In this document: in pieces, positions 11,401-26,100 of the stretch
Numbering within the stretch: position 1 is the stretch's first letter
Layout of the letters: the number at the start of each line of letters is the position of its first letter
DNA from: Tubiluchus corallicola
Lineage: Eukaryota > Animalia > Priapulida
Assembly (NCBI GenBank): GCA_030141605.1
Contig: JAQGDQ010000031.1
Coordinates: 744,001-808,000, forward strand
Reading direction: 5' to 3'
Length of the DNA: 64,000 bases
The notes under the pieces: model-generated
The model's input: the letters and a program-made list of their open reading frames with translations, nothing else
What the model was told of the DNA's origin: nothing
Database searches by the model: none
Program-made: the position numbers and the translations under genes

Positions 11401-13979
11401 TCGAAAAACTATTCATAGTGTTTTAGCAACAGTATGTATACAGTCAAACATTATTCTAATGCCCCACCCCTTTATAGTACCAACCTGGCTTAACACCCAC
11501 ATTTTTGGCAAACCAAAATGTCTGTATTTGCTTAACTATGTATATATTTATGTACCTAGTTATAATGCCAAATTCGCTAAGTCCCAAAGTGGGCGGTATA
11601 AAGAGGTTTGATTGTAGTAATAAACGAACACTGAACACTACTGCGTTCCACTTGTTTCATAAGTATTATGTACATACGAAGGGCTGTTTTTGAATTATAA
11701 TAATTTATTTATCTGATCCATTCTGGAAGTGTTCATTATTTCTTCTCTTTAAAAACTATTATTATTGACTAGTTTAATAGTGAGATAAATTTACGTAGAA
11801 AGAGAATAATATTTTTGGATAAACAGTTAACGAGTTTAACTGAATAAGTTTTAAATGTTGTATTCGTTAAAAGCAATTTTGTTTAATTTCAGTCATGAGT
11901 TGTACATAGAGATGGCTTGCAATGATTTGTTTGGTGCTGGTGATGGACTCATTTCGCCTCCAAATCCAGATCGCATGTATACAATAACATTTGCTGAAAT
12001 TGCTGTGTTTGATAGAGAAGCTAGTCATTTGATCCGAGACTTAGAAATACTTTATGGCTTGGCAAAAGTACGGTTTAGTAATATCCATGACATTATATGT
12101 TTGCTATACTGAATGTAGAAGATTTTATGTTTAAAAAGTCCAAATAAATTGTCTATTTTTGCTGCTACTACTGCAGATTGTCTTTAAGATTAAATTGTTA
12201 AAGGAAACAATTATTAATTTTATGATTCTGTAGTGCACTGAGTGAGCAGCTTTTGCTTGAATATGTGTAGTATGTACAGTAATTTATCACACTGGTGTGC
12301 AGTGCTCAGCCTTGCAAATTTTGGTTTTTGATTAGAGTTTGATTTGCTATCATACTTTTTGCGGCAACAGTACAAAGTAATTGGTGATAAGCAGGTTATT
12401 TTTGTTAATTCGCACTTCGTTTTGGTAGTTTTGAATTGCTTACTAATTTTTTTACTACCAAATACAGTACGTGGCCATTATGTATGTATAGGGTTGCCAG
12501 ACGTCCCTTATATACGGATAAATTATCCCATATTTGATATATCCCTTGTCCCATACTGACTTTTCGGGGACACCCAAATGTCTAGTATTTAGTTCATTTT
12601 CAAATTTAATAATAAAATACATTTTTGCTACCTCTTTACTGTTCTTAAATGTAACTTCAAAAGTAATTATACTTTCTTTTCTCAGATTCTCTTGATGAAA
12701 ATAAGCCAAATGTAATGAGGAAACTAGTGTTGCTAGAAGTTTACATAAAACTGACATGTTTGCTGCATGTTTGCAACTTGCTTTATGTTTTTAACTTATG
12801 TCTCTACTTTTATCCAATATATTGGTTCTGGGTGTGGAGGCATGTATGAATTTGTATATGTATAGTAATATAGAGAGAAATTTTAAGCGTCTTGTACTTC
12901 TAATTTTCTAATCTGGCAGCCCTATTCATGTAAAGTGTTATGGATATAATAGTCTCTGGTATACTAACTACAGTGTGTTTTCGTGTACCTGTGCTTGTAT
13001 AAATACTGTTGGTTGTTACCATTTACACAGAAGGGCCACATTTTTGGAAAGCTTATATGTAATTTAAGTAGTTAAATTTGGTTTAGTAGCTTCAGCTTTT
13101 GTGTTTGCATTTAACATAATTTGAGCTTTTGTTTGTTGGATATTTAACTGTCCATTTAAAGTATAACTTATTGTTTTTGTATTCGCGTAACTTTGTGCAC
13201 TTTTTCAGAACCTGTCAGAAGATGACTGCCGTGGCTACAAAGCTCTGTATTTGGCAAACGAAATGATAAATGCCTGTGATACTTCCAAGCCAGCAACTTT
13301 TAAGCTGTACGTTCTTAATAACATTGGTAAACTGTCAGTTTACTTGTATGAAATAGTACTGTCTATTGAGCATGCCAAAATCTAAGTTAATAACGTTGTC
13401 TAATTTTACTAATTACCTTAACATTCTTGATTTGCAGTTTTTGCAAATGGTGTAGTATAAAATGCATTATCATTATGTTATTTTTAAAGTTGTATACTTG
13501 GTCCACTTTTTACTTTCTGCTTTGCTTTACTAAAGCTCAAGCTTTTTCATTAACAAATATTAAAACATTTCGTAGTTTAGTGCCAATTACTATTTGATGA
13601 ATAGAGTGTCCTCATAAAATATTTTTGTTTTGATATTTTCTTTTGCCATTGTCCATGAACATGATTGGCTTGGACTTTTAAAAATGCTTCTTCCCACCAG
13701 AGCCATCTAGTGGGGTGTTTTTGTATAGTTTGCTTTTATTAGTCAAATAAACTTCTTTAAATTATTAATGTATTGCAATACATAGCTGTGCTGCACGTAA
13801 ATTGATGAACACATTAAAGTTTCGGTCTCTATCTAAACTGATTGTGCTTATGCAGCACTTTGTCACAAAATTATACCTGGTACTACGGATGTATTGATCC
13901 ATATTTAAGTGTATGAAAAATTCTACTCTCGTTGTTTTTGCCTTTTTATGTATGTTTTTGATGTTTCTTCCTTTCTCTC

Positions 13980-14016
<37 letters not shown>

Positions 14017-14025
14017 TCTCTGTCT

Positions 14026-14063
<38 letters not shown>

Positions 14064-14075
14064 TGTCTCTCTCTT

Positions 14076-14140
<65 letters not shown>

Positions 14141-17100
14141 CTCTCTCTCTCTTCAATATGAAAATGTTTGTTTATAGGGCAAGAGAGTTGGGAACAAAAT
14201 TCTTTGATAGTAGAAATGGAGATCTCCAGCATGTTGTTCATGCTATGGGTCACTGTCACATAGATACAGGTAGCTGCTTATTAACATAATTAACAAGATA
14301 TTAACATATTAACACTAAAACTACACCATGGAGTTCCTTTGGTTATAACTGGTACCGAAAAATATTATTATTTCATTGGTTTATTCTTTAAATTTTTAGG
14401 TTCTTGTTTTCGTCTATTTAATGCTACTGTTTTTTGTCAATTTTTTTTTGTTTGAGCATTTTTCGTGATGTAAAAATAGCGAACTGAAACATAGAGAAAA
14501 AAGAGCAATGGTAAACAGTGCCAAAATTTCGCTATGTACAATAGCTGATCGTTAAGACTGTTGCCAATAGTAAAGACAATTATCGATCAGTAGCGTAGTT
14601 AAAATTGGTGGGGGTGCTACTTCAGAAAATTTTTAGTCATTGTTTTAGTACTGTGTAAAACGAAACAAATATATGTAATTTTAATGTTGTAATTTGTAAT
14701 TGTAATCTTAAACAAACAAACATACGAACATTTATATATAAACTTGATAAAATCCTAAACAAAAAATTTTTTGTTGACAAATAGCCTAAACTGCCACAGT
14801 TTAAGAATATGCCGGTACACGGTTTTTAAGCACGTGACAACTGACAACAAACTGTGTGAGTGACAATACTTTCTCTACCTGGGCTCAGACGTGTGCATGG
14901 CCGCATGCGCACAACAGCCAAACACAGCTGAAGCGCACTGTGCTGGGCTGACAACAAACAGTACTACCCTTATGTGCTCTGGGCCGTACACCGTACAAGT
15001 ACAAAGAAACAACTAAAGAAAGACTTGTATTGAATATTATCGATAATATCGAGTCAACAAGTTCTGCAGTTCCACAGTACCTATACACGAGCCGTCAGTG
15101 TTCTCAATAGTCACGCAATTTGCCATTATTGGTATTAATGAAGTCTCGCAGTAAGGAAGTAATTTTTTTGCATCAGTAGAAGCAGTGAATTTGCAAACCA
15201 GTAAAACAACCATATGGAACTCTGTTTGGTTTAATAGTATTAACATAGTATCTAGGATGTGCACTATATGCTGCTGCTGCTGCTTGGAATTGTGATCTAA
15301 TTTTACTTATGGATTGTGTTATTGCACAATACTTTTAAATCAGCCCTGTTATAGTTTAGGATGTAACTAAAATTTGCCTACTTGAGCGTTACTGTTAATG
15401 TAGTTTTATTCAAATTTCTGTGTTTTTTGCTTAAATCTAATTTAGCATGGTTATGGCCAATAAGTGAAACAAAGAGAAAATGTGCTCGAAGCTGGTCATC
15501 AGTGGTCAAACTGATGGAACAATATGATGATTTTACCTTCACGTGTTCACAGGTGTTTTTTTGTTTGCTAATTTTTTACACATGTTCACATTTGCTTTTT
15601 GTTTGCTCATTATTTACATCTCTTCACAGGTATTTTTGTTTGTTTATTATTTTCACATGTTCACGCGTTCTTCTTGTTTGCTCATTATTTACATCTCTTC
15701 ACAGATATTTTTATTGTTTATTATTTTCACATGTTCACATGTGGTTTTTTGTTTATTCATTATTTTCATATATTCACAAGTGCATTTTTGTTTGTTTATT
15801 ATTTTCACATGTTCACATGTGGTTTTTTGTTTATTCATTATTTTCATATATTCACAGGTACATTTTTATTTGCTCGTTATTTTCATGTGTTCACAGAGGT
15901 ATTTATTTTTTTATTTGCTCATTGTTTACACATGTTCATAGGTATTTTTTGTTTGTTAATGATATAAGGAAATCAGTTTGCTAGCTAATAGTGTTTAACA
16001 TATAACTTCCCTGATGGCTATTTTCATCGATGCAACTAAAAAATCAATTTTGTTAAATGCCTCAAAATAGTTTTTGTACTTATGGTAGGTTTTCATTGTT
16101 CTGCTTCTCTTCTGACATTTGTGTTACTGTCCACTTTAGTTAATGATAACCACTAGCTGACCACAAGTTGGGTGTGCCTGTGTTTCTTATATACCCTAGT
16201 AAATCAATACTGTATAATTTTTAGGCTCAGCAATTGAGTTGGATAAAGCAGGAGTATCCTCCTTTGTACGAGAAAATCAAACACTTCGTTTCTCTTGGAA
16301 AATTCATTCCAGTAGGTGGCACTTGGGTAGAAATGGTAAGATGTTACTTTTGTTCTGTGCTACATTCTGCACATCATCAAGCTGCAACAGTGCACAAATT
16401 CACAGGTACAGAATGTCACAATTTGTCTGTACTATGTACCCGAGTGCATTCCTCATAAATGGCCTTTCATAGAAGTTTAATAAAATGTGATAATTCAAAA
16501 AGAGTTTAAATTACCAAAACATTTACAAAAATCTGTTTTACTAAACAAACAGTGACACTGGCTATTACGTTAGAAATTTCCCATTTTTGTTCACATTTGT
16601 AAAAATAGTCATTCAAAGCATTGTATAAAATGAGGTTTTGCTATGCAGTGTTTAATGTGCATTGACAACTAATAGAAACATATTTTGGAATTTAATCTGA
16701 CATTTATTATATTATTTAGCTGTTGCTTAAAACTAAAGCATTTGGCCAAAGACTGAATAGTTCTGCTGTTTAAACTTCAGGACTCAAGGAGGCACCTGCC
16801 GTTTTCTGGAAATACCTAGTTAGTTCACTTGAACTAGTTTTGAGAAAATGGGAAAACTGTTGCCTTTTGCCACGAAGCACTGGTTTAATGGATTACCTTA
16901 AATTTGGGATGAATGCACGATAAAATGTGCTCAATTATTTTGTAAGAGAAAGACAGAAATATTTAATTAATGTACTTTTAAATTATTGAACCTATAGGCT
17001 GCACTGAAGTGGAACTACAAATATGCATTCTGTACTTGCTGGCTGTTTTCAGAAAGCAGAACATGTTAGGCTCCTCCGTCCAGATGGAGTTGTCATGCAA

Positions 17101-20100
17101 ACTATTGCTAAAGCCATCAGATATGCAGGAGCACTGCAAACTGTCGCAATTATAGGGTTACATATATCACCCCATTGCCTGTAAAGAGTTGAAAAGCCTG
17201 CCTGACTTAGTATAGTAGCTCCTGAGTGCATAATTGTAACATGCCTCTTGATTTGCTAAAAAGAACACTCCTGTGGACTACTAAGTTTGTCTGAAAATTT
17301 GTGCGTGAAATGGATGTTAGGTTTTTTAAGTTGATAATAACTTGCTTACTAAGTTTCAGATCATCAAATCATTTGGTGGTAAGATGTAGCATGATATTAT
17401 GAATGCCAGTTTTCCTGATTTGATAATTAAGTTCTGCCAAAAATGGACTTACTAGGTTTTTTGTCAAAATGGGTGAGAGATCCCATTAATTGATTTGTCA
17501 CTAGATTTGACCATTTCCTACTTTAGAAGATGTGTCACTGATTATATTTCAGCTCATACATAAATTTGTTGGTAAATTTTCTGGTTTATTATAGGATGGC
17601 AACATACCAAGCGGCGAGTCATTCATTCGACAGTTTGTATATGGGCAAAGATTCTTTGAAAAAGAATTTGGAAAAAAGTGTGATGTCGTAAGGCACTTAT
17701 AATATCTACTTGTTGTAAATCCAGATACAGTGAATACCTGTGCTGACTTTGTTCAATGGTACAGAATCTTGTAAATCTGTAATTTTGTGGGAAGCAGTAC
17801 TTTCCCAAATTTTTCAACTGACAAATATATTGTAAATATTGCGTTTTGTCCTATTACTATCATAGTACAGTGATATAAATGTACCACAATTTTTTTTATA
17901 TTTTAGCCCTTTAAATATTTGAAAATTGTGCTAATTGGCTACACTAATATGCTTGAATATTTGAAAAATTTTCAGTTTTGGTTACCAGACACATTTGGTT
18001 ATTCAGCCCAATTGCCACAAATCATTCGACTTGCGGGAATTGAATGCTTCCTTACACAAAAGATTAGCTGGAATCTAGTCAATACATTCCCAGTAAGTTT
18101 GTAGTATCTTCTAAAGTTTACTAATTAAAATTGGTGAGTGTAATATTATACAAATAATTTAAATTGAGGGAATTAGTGCTGCTAGTGACAATCCTGTTGG
18201 TAATAAATGCACTGCTGTCTGAAAAACTAGGCATTATTTCTTTTATTATTCACAACTATAATTTGTAATTAACAATTTATAATTAACAGACCATTGTTAC
18301 ACCTTTCCTTGAGCTTGAACTTGCACATTCGGCATTCTGCAAAAGTCATTGTGATTGGTCATGTGACATTGTTCTGGCAATTAGCAGAATTTTTTACAAT
18401 CTTTTACAAATTTTATCAAATTGGTGTGTAATAAAACTAGCTGTTGTTCCCTTATTATACTTCAGACAAATTGCCATAAATTTTGTTGGCCGTTTTAATT
18501 GTAACTGAAATAATTGCTGACAACAAAATTGGAGTGAGCAGTTTAGACACCAAAAAAGTAGGCAATGATCTAAAATTTATGTTTATGAATTATCATATTT
18601 GGCAGTATGGTAGATTCCTTGCGAAAGCAAATAATTTTTTCCCAAACCCGATTAGATGCATAAAATTTGATGCAATTATTTCTTTTCTTTCCAAATTTTG
18701 TGAAAGAATTATAATATTTTTTATTGTCAAATTTTTACTATTGAGTCCTTTTATATTTTTCTAATTATTTTTTAGGCTGACCAATAATTGGTAGTAATTT
18801 CATTGCTGTAAAAACATCAATTAATTGAAAATTTGATGTCGTTATCGATTACTGTCAATCAGTTGTTGAAAGCTTGAAAACTGTACGGTTCGCATTGCTG
18901 TAGCGCCATAAATTATTTGCTTTCGTAGCAAAATGAAAACAATTTTTTGTGCAAATTCCCTAATTTTGGCTGCATTTGGAATATGGGAATATGAATACAG
19001 TTGTAATAAACTCTGCAATATATTTTGAGGAGCTTCGTTAATTTTGATAATCTTTCAGCACAACAGTTTCATCTGGCAAGGTATAGATGGCTCTAATGTC
19101 TACTTGCACTTTCCACCTGGAGATAGTTATGGTATGGAAGCAAAAGTGGAAGACGTAAGATAACTTTTTAATACTATAACATAATTGTAGCTCCATAATA
19201 TTTTATACTTTCTGTATACTTCATTCTGCACTGCCTGTGCAATGTGTTTACACATGGATGCATTCATTTTCCTAAAATTTGCAAGATGCAGTAATCAACT
19301 TTATTTTGCTGTTTAATGTGCTCTCCATACAACTTTTTTCAGTTATTTAAATGAAGTTGGTCAAAGATTACTAATGTAAACAGCTGGTGCAGTATGGCAG
19401 ATAAAAGTGCAACAGTAGCTGTCTCACTAGTCACCCATCTATTTAATTGCCAAACTCAGTGTTGTTTAAGTTTGGTTGTTGAGCCCACACAATGACCACT
19501 CGACTAATCCTCATCATGTATTAATTAATAAACAAGAATATATGAATTTTAGCATTTTAAAACAGTGATTAATTGTTATATCATATCAACTAATTATTGC
19601 TGAATTTGACACCTGAACAGATCTCTTTACATTATTTTCTATATAAGGCACAGTTTCCTTTAATGACATTTTAATTTGTACCCTACTTTGCTATATCAGT
19701 GTTGTTAAGCAATGACTTTCTGTACTCAGCTTCAGACTTAGTTCAACTTTCTTAACTACAGTGAAAATTTACTTTTGAAAAAAATTCTGCTTACCTGTAT
19801 TGAAATCAAGAAAAAGTTGGTGGAGATAACTGTTATATCATGAAATTATTATTATCAGCTTTTATTATTTACAGTTACTCTTCAAGTTACTTTTTTCAAA
19901 AATACTTCTGTTTTTAGTTATTTTTCACATTATTTGTGCTAATATTGGTGAACTTATATAATTATGTTTTAGGTACTAAAATGTGCGCAAAACAATAAAG
20001 ACAAGGGTAGATTTGACTGCAGTATAATGCTGTATGGTTATGGTGATGGTGGAGGTGGACCAACGTAAGTGTTTATTTGTATTTGCTGTGTCTTTCATTC

Positions 20101-23100
20101 ATCCTTAATTTCACCCAGCTTCATTTAAGTCCCTGTACCTGGCTGCATCATTGTAAGTGCAGTCAACTCTTTCTTTGTCACTGGATTTTCACTGGACCAC
20201 ATTCAGCTGACCAAGGCTGTGTCCGAACCGTCAGTTATTCATGTTTTTTCAGTGTGATATGTTAGCATGTTATTTTCCCCTTTATTTTAGGCTTATAGTT
20301 AATGACGTATTCATGATAACAGTAAAGTAAAGTGCTAGTTAGATATTAAAGAGCGGTGCACTGCAAACATTGTACTTCAATAAGTAAGTAATTTTTTTTT
20401 ATCGCTTGCATTACTTATATAACAGCAGTTAGTATATATTCTTGGTCATCTTGGAAATAGGCATCGCAGACTGCAGAAATTTGATGAATTCTCACAAAGA
20501 CAATAGTAAAATAGAAAGTCTGACAGATTTTTCTCCTCCACTGGTCCACGAACCCGAGACTTTTCTACTTTTCTGGCAGCTGTTCTAACCATTGAAAAAC
20601 AAGGGCGTTTAACTTTTCGGATTCAGATATTTACTCTCGAGGCTAGTAGAGCTGTGCTAGTAGTACCAGTTGGAATTCGAAGTCCATACTATAGCAAAAG
20701 TCCAAGACATAACATGATATAAATCAACATTTTGTTAGTATTTTACTGCCAATTCAAAAGATCTGTGCTACTTCATTTTCTAATATTTTTGCACCATGAT
20801 TACTTAAATAAGCTAATTCTGATAACACTTTTAATTTTAGGGAGGACATGGTACAAAGAATTTTGCGCATGAAAGATATTGATGGTTTACCAAGGTATGT
20901 GTGCCTGGCAGGCTGACAGCACTCTGACCTGCTGTTAGCTTGAGGTGTAAGAAAACAACCATATTGTTGACAGACAGATTTTTTGTTGAAATTGTAAGAA
21001 ATGTTGTTAGTATTCCACAAAAAGCTGTGTATAGAAAGCACAGTTCTTAGAACACATCACTGCTCTTCTTCTAAGTTAGTAAATTAGCAGTAACCTAAAA
21101 TAAAGTTGGCACTGCTTAATAGACTCACTTTGGGATGGATGTGTTTTGACACAATTAACTGCCTGATTCTATTACCTTATGGGTGTAGCATATTAGTATT
21201 GTAGAAGTATGAGTCATCGCACTTATAATATGCACTACAAAGCTTTAAATAAATTTTAGAAACGAATTAATGTCAAAAGTATTATGTGCAGTTATTTAAG
21301 AACACTAATTTATATAAGCAAATAAATAAAAAAGGAAAATAAGAATCTGATTATTACCACTAAAAATTACAAAAATTTGTGCAAGCTCAGTTGCTTCATT
21401 TCTTCACGAGGAAGTTGGTTTATGAAATTCTCATATTGATAAAAACATTAATAATCTGTTGCTCTGTGCTATGCATGTTCACCCATAATACCGAGACAAC
21501 TAGTTGAGCTGCAGTTGGTGATGACCTTGTTTCCCCTGCGAAAAGCAGTGGGAGCTTCAACAGCAAACCGGTGAGCAGTTGCTCACATGCACAGTTGCTG
21601 CAGGTAAAAGGTTAAGTGTACCACAGCAATGCGTGTTGACAACAGCTGTCACGTGACGTGTGAGTAAAGCAAAGCTGTTTGCTTGCTTCTGCTCAGTAAC
21701 TTCAGTTTTTTTATGTGGACTTTACTTAATTATGAATTAGTATGTGTATTGAGTGATTTACTAGCAGGAGCTTGCTTAGGAACAATAAATAATGAACTAA
21801 GTAAAGTTCTAGCTAGCTGTTAAAACTGTTGGTATTACAACAGCATGGGCTGCGAGGCATTGACAAGTCTACACACATGCATTATCTGGTATGCTTAATC
21901 TTTGATCTTTTCACTGTGAAAAGGCTTATTGAGTAATACTGGTCTTTATAAAAGTAGTCTCTCGCTGTATATAGTAGTTAAATGTCATTGAAATTGCACA
22001 CATGTAAAAGAGTACTTCCTGTGTTGTGCACTAATTTACTGCAATACAGTAGTAACGTTAAATAGTGTTTGTAACAGTGGATGCTTATTTTGAAATGCAC
22101 TAGTGACAGCAGTATTTAGCCTTTCCGTGTTTATCCTTTCCAGATTGTTTTAAGACTTCTTAGTACTGATCGTCGCTAACACAGTTATTAAAATACTGAT
22201 TGTTTATTCGTTACTATATTAGTTATCAGCTCAACTGATGTCAGATTTTTAGGAAAGAGGTACAAAGTACAGCTTTTGCAAAGAATTTACAGAATTTTGG
22301 AAAGAATTAATATCAGTCTTTTTTATTAAATTGTGAAAGTCATTAAATGTAGGTCAATAAGCTCAATATCTACTATAACGTTCTGTGTTTTTCTGAGATA
22401 TTTTAAGCTATAACCTTTAGGGATGAAACTGGATCTTATAATCACGTGAAAGCAATATTAAATTTGAAAAACCGCAAGAATGTTGCACCTCTACTAGTCA
22501 TAAAATTGATAAGACTCGCTTTGTTTATTATTTATATCAAGAGTTTTTTGAATTTGAATTGTGTTTCTGAACTGCTTGTGTTGTCAACTTAAAAATTTAA
22601 ACCTAGAAAAATTGAAACCTCTTTTGCCGGAAATTTGTCTTACATTTTCTCAAAGATTTAATTTTATTTTCATTTGCTATAAAAATATTTCTGAGATCAT
22701 CGATTTTTATTTTCACTGATCATACGTATTTTGTGCAAAAATAATTTTAATCTTTATGTAATCTGCTCAATGTGTTGAACAGAATATTATTGATTTTGAT
22801 GATCTAATGATGGTATAATTCATGATACAATAACAAATCTGCATTTCAGAGTTAAAACTTCTACACCCGTTCTGTTCTTTGATGAGTTAAAAAAGCATTC
22901 TAAATCATTGTGCACATGGGTTGGTGAATTATACCTGGAGTTACACCAAGGTACTTATACTACCCAGGCAAAAGTAAGATCATTTTTTTCTTTAGTGTCT
23001 ACAGTTTATTTTGTACATTCATTTTAGCACAATTTCGTTTTTACATGAAAACAACTTCCAAAAATTCACAACTAGAACAAATCTTGTTGTCAGTAAAATT

Positions 23101-26100
23101 CATTTTTCATCTTTTGTTCTAACTTTAACTGGAGTTTTTAACAATAATGCTGGATAACACAATAAACATTAGTTACAGCTGACATTTTTGTCGTTATTTT
23201 TATTCACCATTTTACTATTTTAAACTCTTGCAGTAACAAATTAAAAATAATAAAACTAATTTGCCTTATTTGATTTAACGATGTATTTTAACTCAAGAAA
23301 CGTCTTGTCAGCAGAAGGTTCTTTTTAATAAATATTTCTGATATTTAAGAGTCTAGGGTATTTCATAGATAGTTACGTCAAATATAAACATTGAATATGT
23401 TAAATGACACTCTCTATGTATACTTCAGTTTTTAATTAGACTTATGTCGATTAATTAACTCAGCACTACACATGGTTGACATACAATTATAGTGCCACTT
23501 TCAAATCATTATTTATGAAGCACAAACAAACATCGTATAATGTGTTTGCAGATTTTATTTAAGTTACTTTATTTCAGTTTTTTCTTCCATGTAGCTCAAT
23601 ATTTTGCAGTGATTAGCACATCTAGCAATGTCGCCAAATTTTCAAGTATGATTCATCAAAAATGCTTCTATTAATAACAGTTTTTGATATTAAAAATTAA
23701 CTGTTGTTCACCACAGCCCACATAGCAAATATAGCTAAATTTATAGCGAGACATTTAATCACTGTTAACATGTTAACAGGTGCTAAAACTTCTGATCACA
23801 GAATTATACCATTTCTGCTGATTGAGACTGAATTAAGGTTCATTTACCAGACATCTGGAATGCATTAATTATGCCTTGTGTGTTATTTCATATCCCGCTG
23901 TGTATAAAAAGTCATTAAGAATAGTCGCAAAAATTAACGCAATAGCGCAGGCCTGATGATGTGATGCACGGGTTCAATGAAAACGATGGAAAGACGCCGT
24001 AACGCATAGTGGGTTCCGAATGTCCCATAAACTCCACTTAACTATAATTCATTAAATGCTTCCCTTGTGTTTCAGTTAAAACAGTTAAATAGACAGTGTG
24101 AATTCTTGCTGCAAAAACTGGAATTTTTGTATGCTATGGTGGCATTAACTACACATAGGTGGCATGATGCCGATGAGGAAATGAATGTGTAAGTGTTTGT
24201 GACGCTTGCATGTATTTAATAACATACTGTCTCCAATATACTTGTCACTTATACATCAAGTAAACAACATCATTTATCCATTTGTTTGTACATTCAAACG
24301 TTTTGCTTGAATCTACAAAAATACTGAGTTTTTTATGCAGACGAAACTTTAAATTTTTATTTGCTAGAGGAGTGAAAGAGTTATTCTTAACCAAGGTTAT
24401 CGGCAATGTCGAACTTTGGCTTCTGAGTTTCTGACACATTTTTAAAAGTTCAGTAGTTTTTTGTGCATCCAGAACATTTGACAGAGGCATAATTATATAT
24501 TTACTATTATGGCATGGCGGAGCAATATTTGCCATTTACTTTTCAACTATTTACAAAAAATTATTGAAGGAACTGAAAACTATAAACGATGCAGTCCATT
24601 GATTATGTTTCTTGCTCTATTAATTTTTCTGTATGTTTTGTCACATATCAAACAAAAGGTTTCTTATATGATTAGACGATTATCATTGGTAATGAGCTAG
24701 GGTTTGGTCCCGCCACAATGATATTCTGCCACTGTGAGAATAAAACATGCATATTATAGCTTTTCGTGAAGAAGATATTTGATTTGAAAAATCGTTTCAT
24801 TTTATCTGTAAGTCTGATACACTTACCACTTCATGTAATTATTGGTGTATGAATCATTATGAACTAATTGTAGATTTTGATAATGATAATGAATTCATAC
24901 TAATGATTTTATGGACTAAGCAGACTTTGTGACTAAATTTCTTCAATTTTCAGGGGAACAGGTGAGCATTTTCCCGTGTTTCTTTGGGAAACATTGCTTC
25001 TTCAGCAGTTTCATGATATTTTGCCAGGCTCTTCTATCCATGTTGTCCATGAGGAAGCTCTATCTACATTGCAAAACTTGCACAAGTATCTTAACAGTAT
25101 GGTTGATGCATCTGCTTTTCTTCTCATGCCGTCTAACGAGGTATAGAGCTTTGAAGACGTGATAGTCTGATACAGTAGGCGTTGCTTAATAGACTCACTT
25201 TGGGACGGAAGTCTTTTGACCCAATTAACTGACTGAACCTGTTAATTGACAGAAGTAGTATTACTAGTATAGAAGAATGAATCATCAGCTCAGTATGCAC
25301 TGCAAAGGCTGCCTATATGTATCTATATCGTTACTGTATCTGTATGATGCCTGTATCTTTAACTGTTAACTGATTAAGCATGAAAACCTGATTTTCAACC
25401 AGAGCTTCAAAAGGAAACCACTAGACAGGTAATTAAATGTTTAGCTTCCAGAAATTCTTTGGTAACGAGGTTAATTGCAGTGGATGAGCATGTAACAAAT
25501 TCAAAGCAAAACCGCTACCCTAGTATGTTAGTGCACGATAAACAAACATGCGTACAAACAAAACGGTACTTAACGTGATTGTTTCTATGTACATTATAGA
25601 GCACAAAAGCTAACTAAGATGACACAAATGCAGTAAAAGCTCATTGATCACACAAAAGTGTCTTATTTAAGTACGTGAAGTAAAAATATCGAGTCAATTA
25701 TGCGGGGTTATTTGAGTCAATTGCTGAAGTTTTTATATACATTTGAATAGGAGTGGCACGCCAGACGTTTTTGAGTTTATTAACTGTGAGTCTAATAAAC
25801 GTCACCTACTGTATAATGATATCAAAACAATAAAAAACTGTTTTGCAGATTTTTTGCCAGTTACTGTCATGAGATTTAGTAAGAGAAACTGTGCATTAAA
25901 CATAAGTTGAATGGATTTTTGGCTTCTTTTTCTGGTGAGGCTATGTTTTTCCTGCCAGGACTTGAATCAGTCTTTGAAATTTATTGTAATTTGTGTATCA
26001 ATGTTGGGCTTTAAGTGCAGGCATGTCTAATACCCCACAGACTTCTTTTTTGAACACTTTTGTGTTCTAATTTTTGACCATGCTTTGAAAAGTGAAATGT

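Noticed and set aside
13765-14289. ORFs rich in ER/CV/LS/HT repeats
   Set aside because: Translations of the CT/CA microsatellite; only 14178-14269 is a real exon.
15382-15984. Three overlapping 120-200 aa hydrophobic ORFs, or a CRISPR-like array
   Set aside because: Stop-poor minisatellite with no unique spacers, in a eukaryotic intron.
23945-24010. Hammerhead ribozyme (CTGATGA...GAAA)
   Set aside because: Stem II lacks the closing G-C pair, stem III is out of register and there is no stem I complement.
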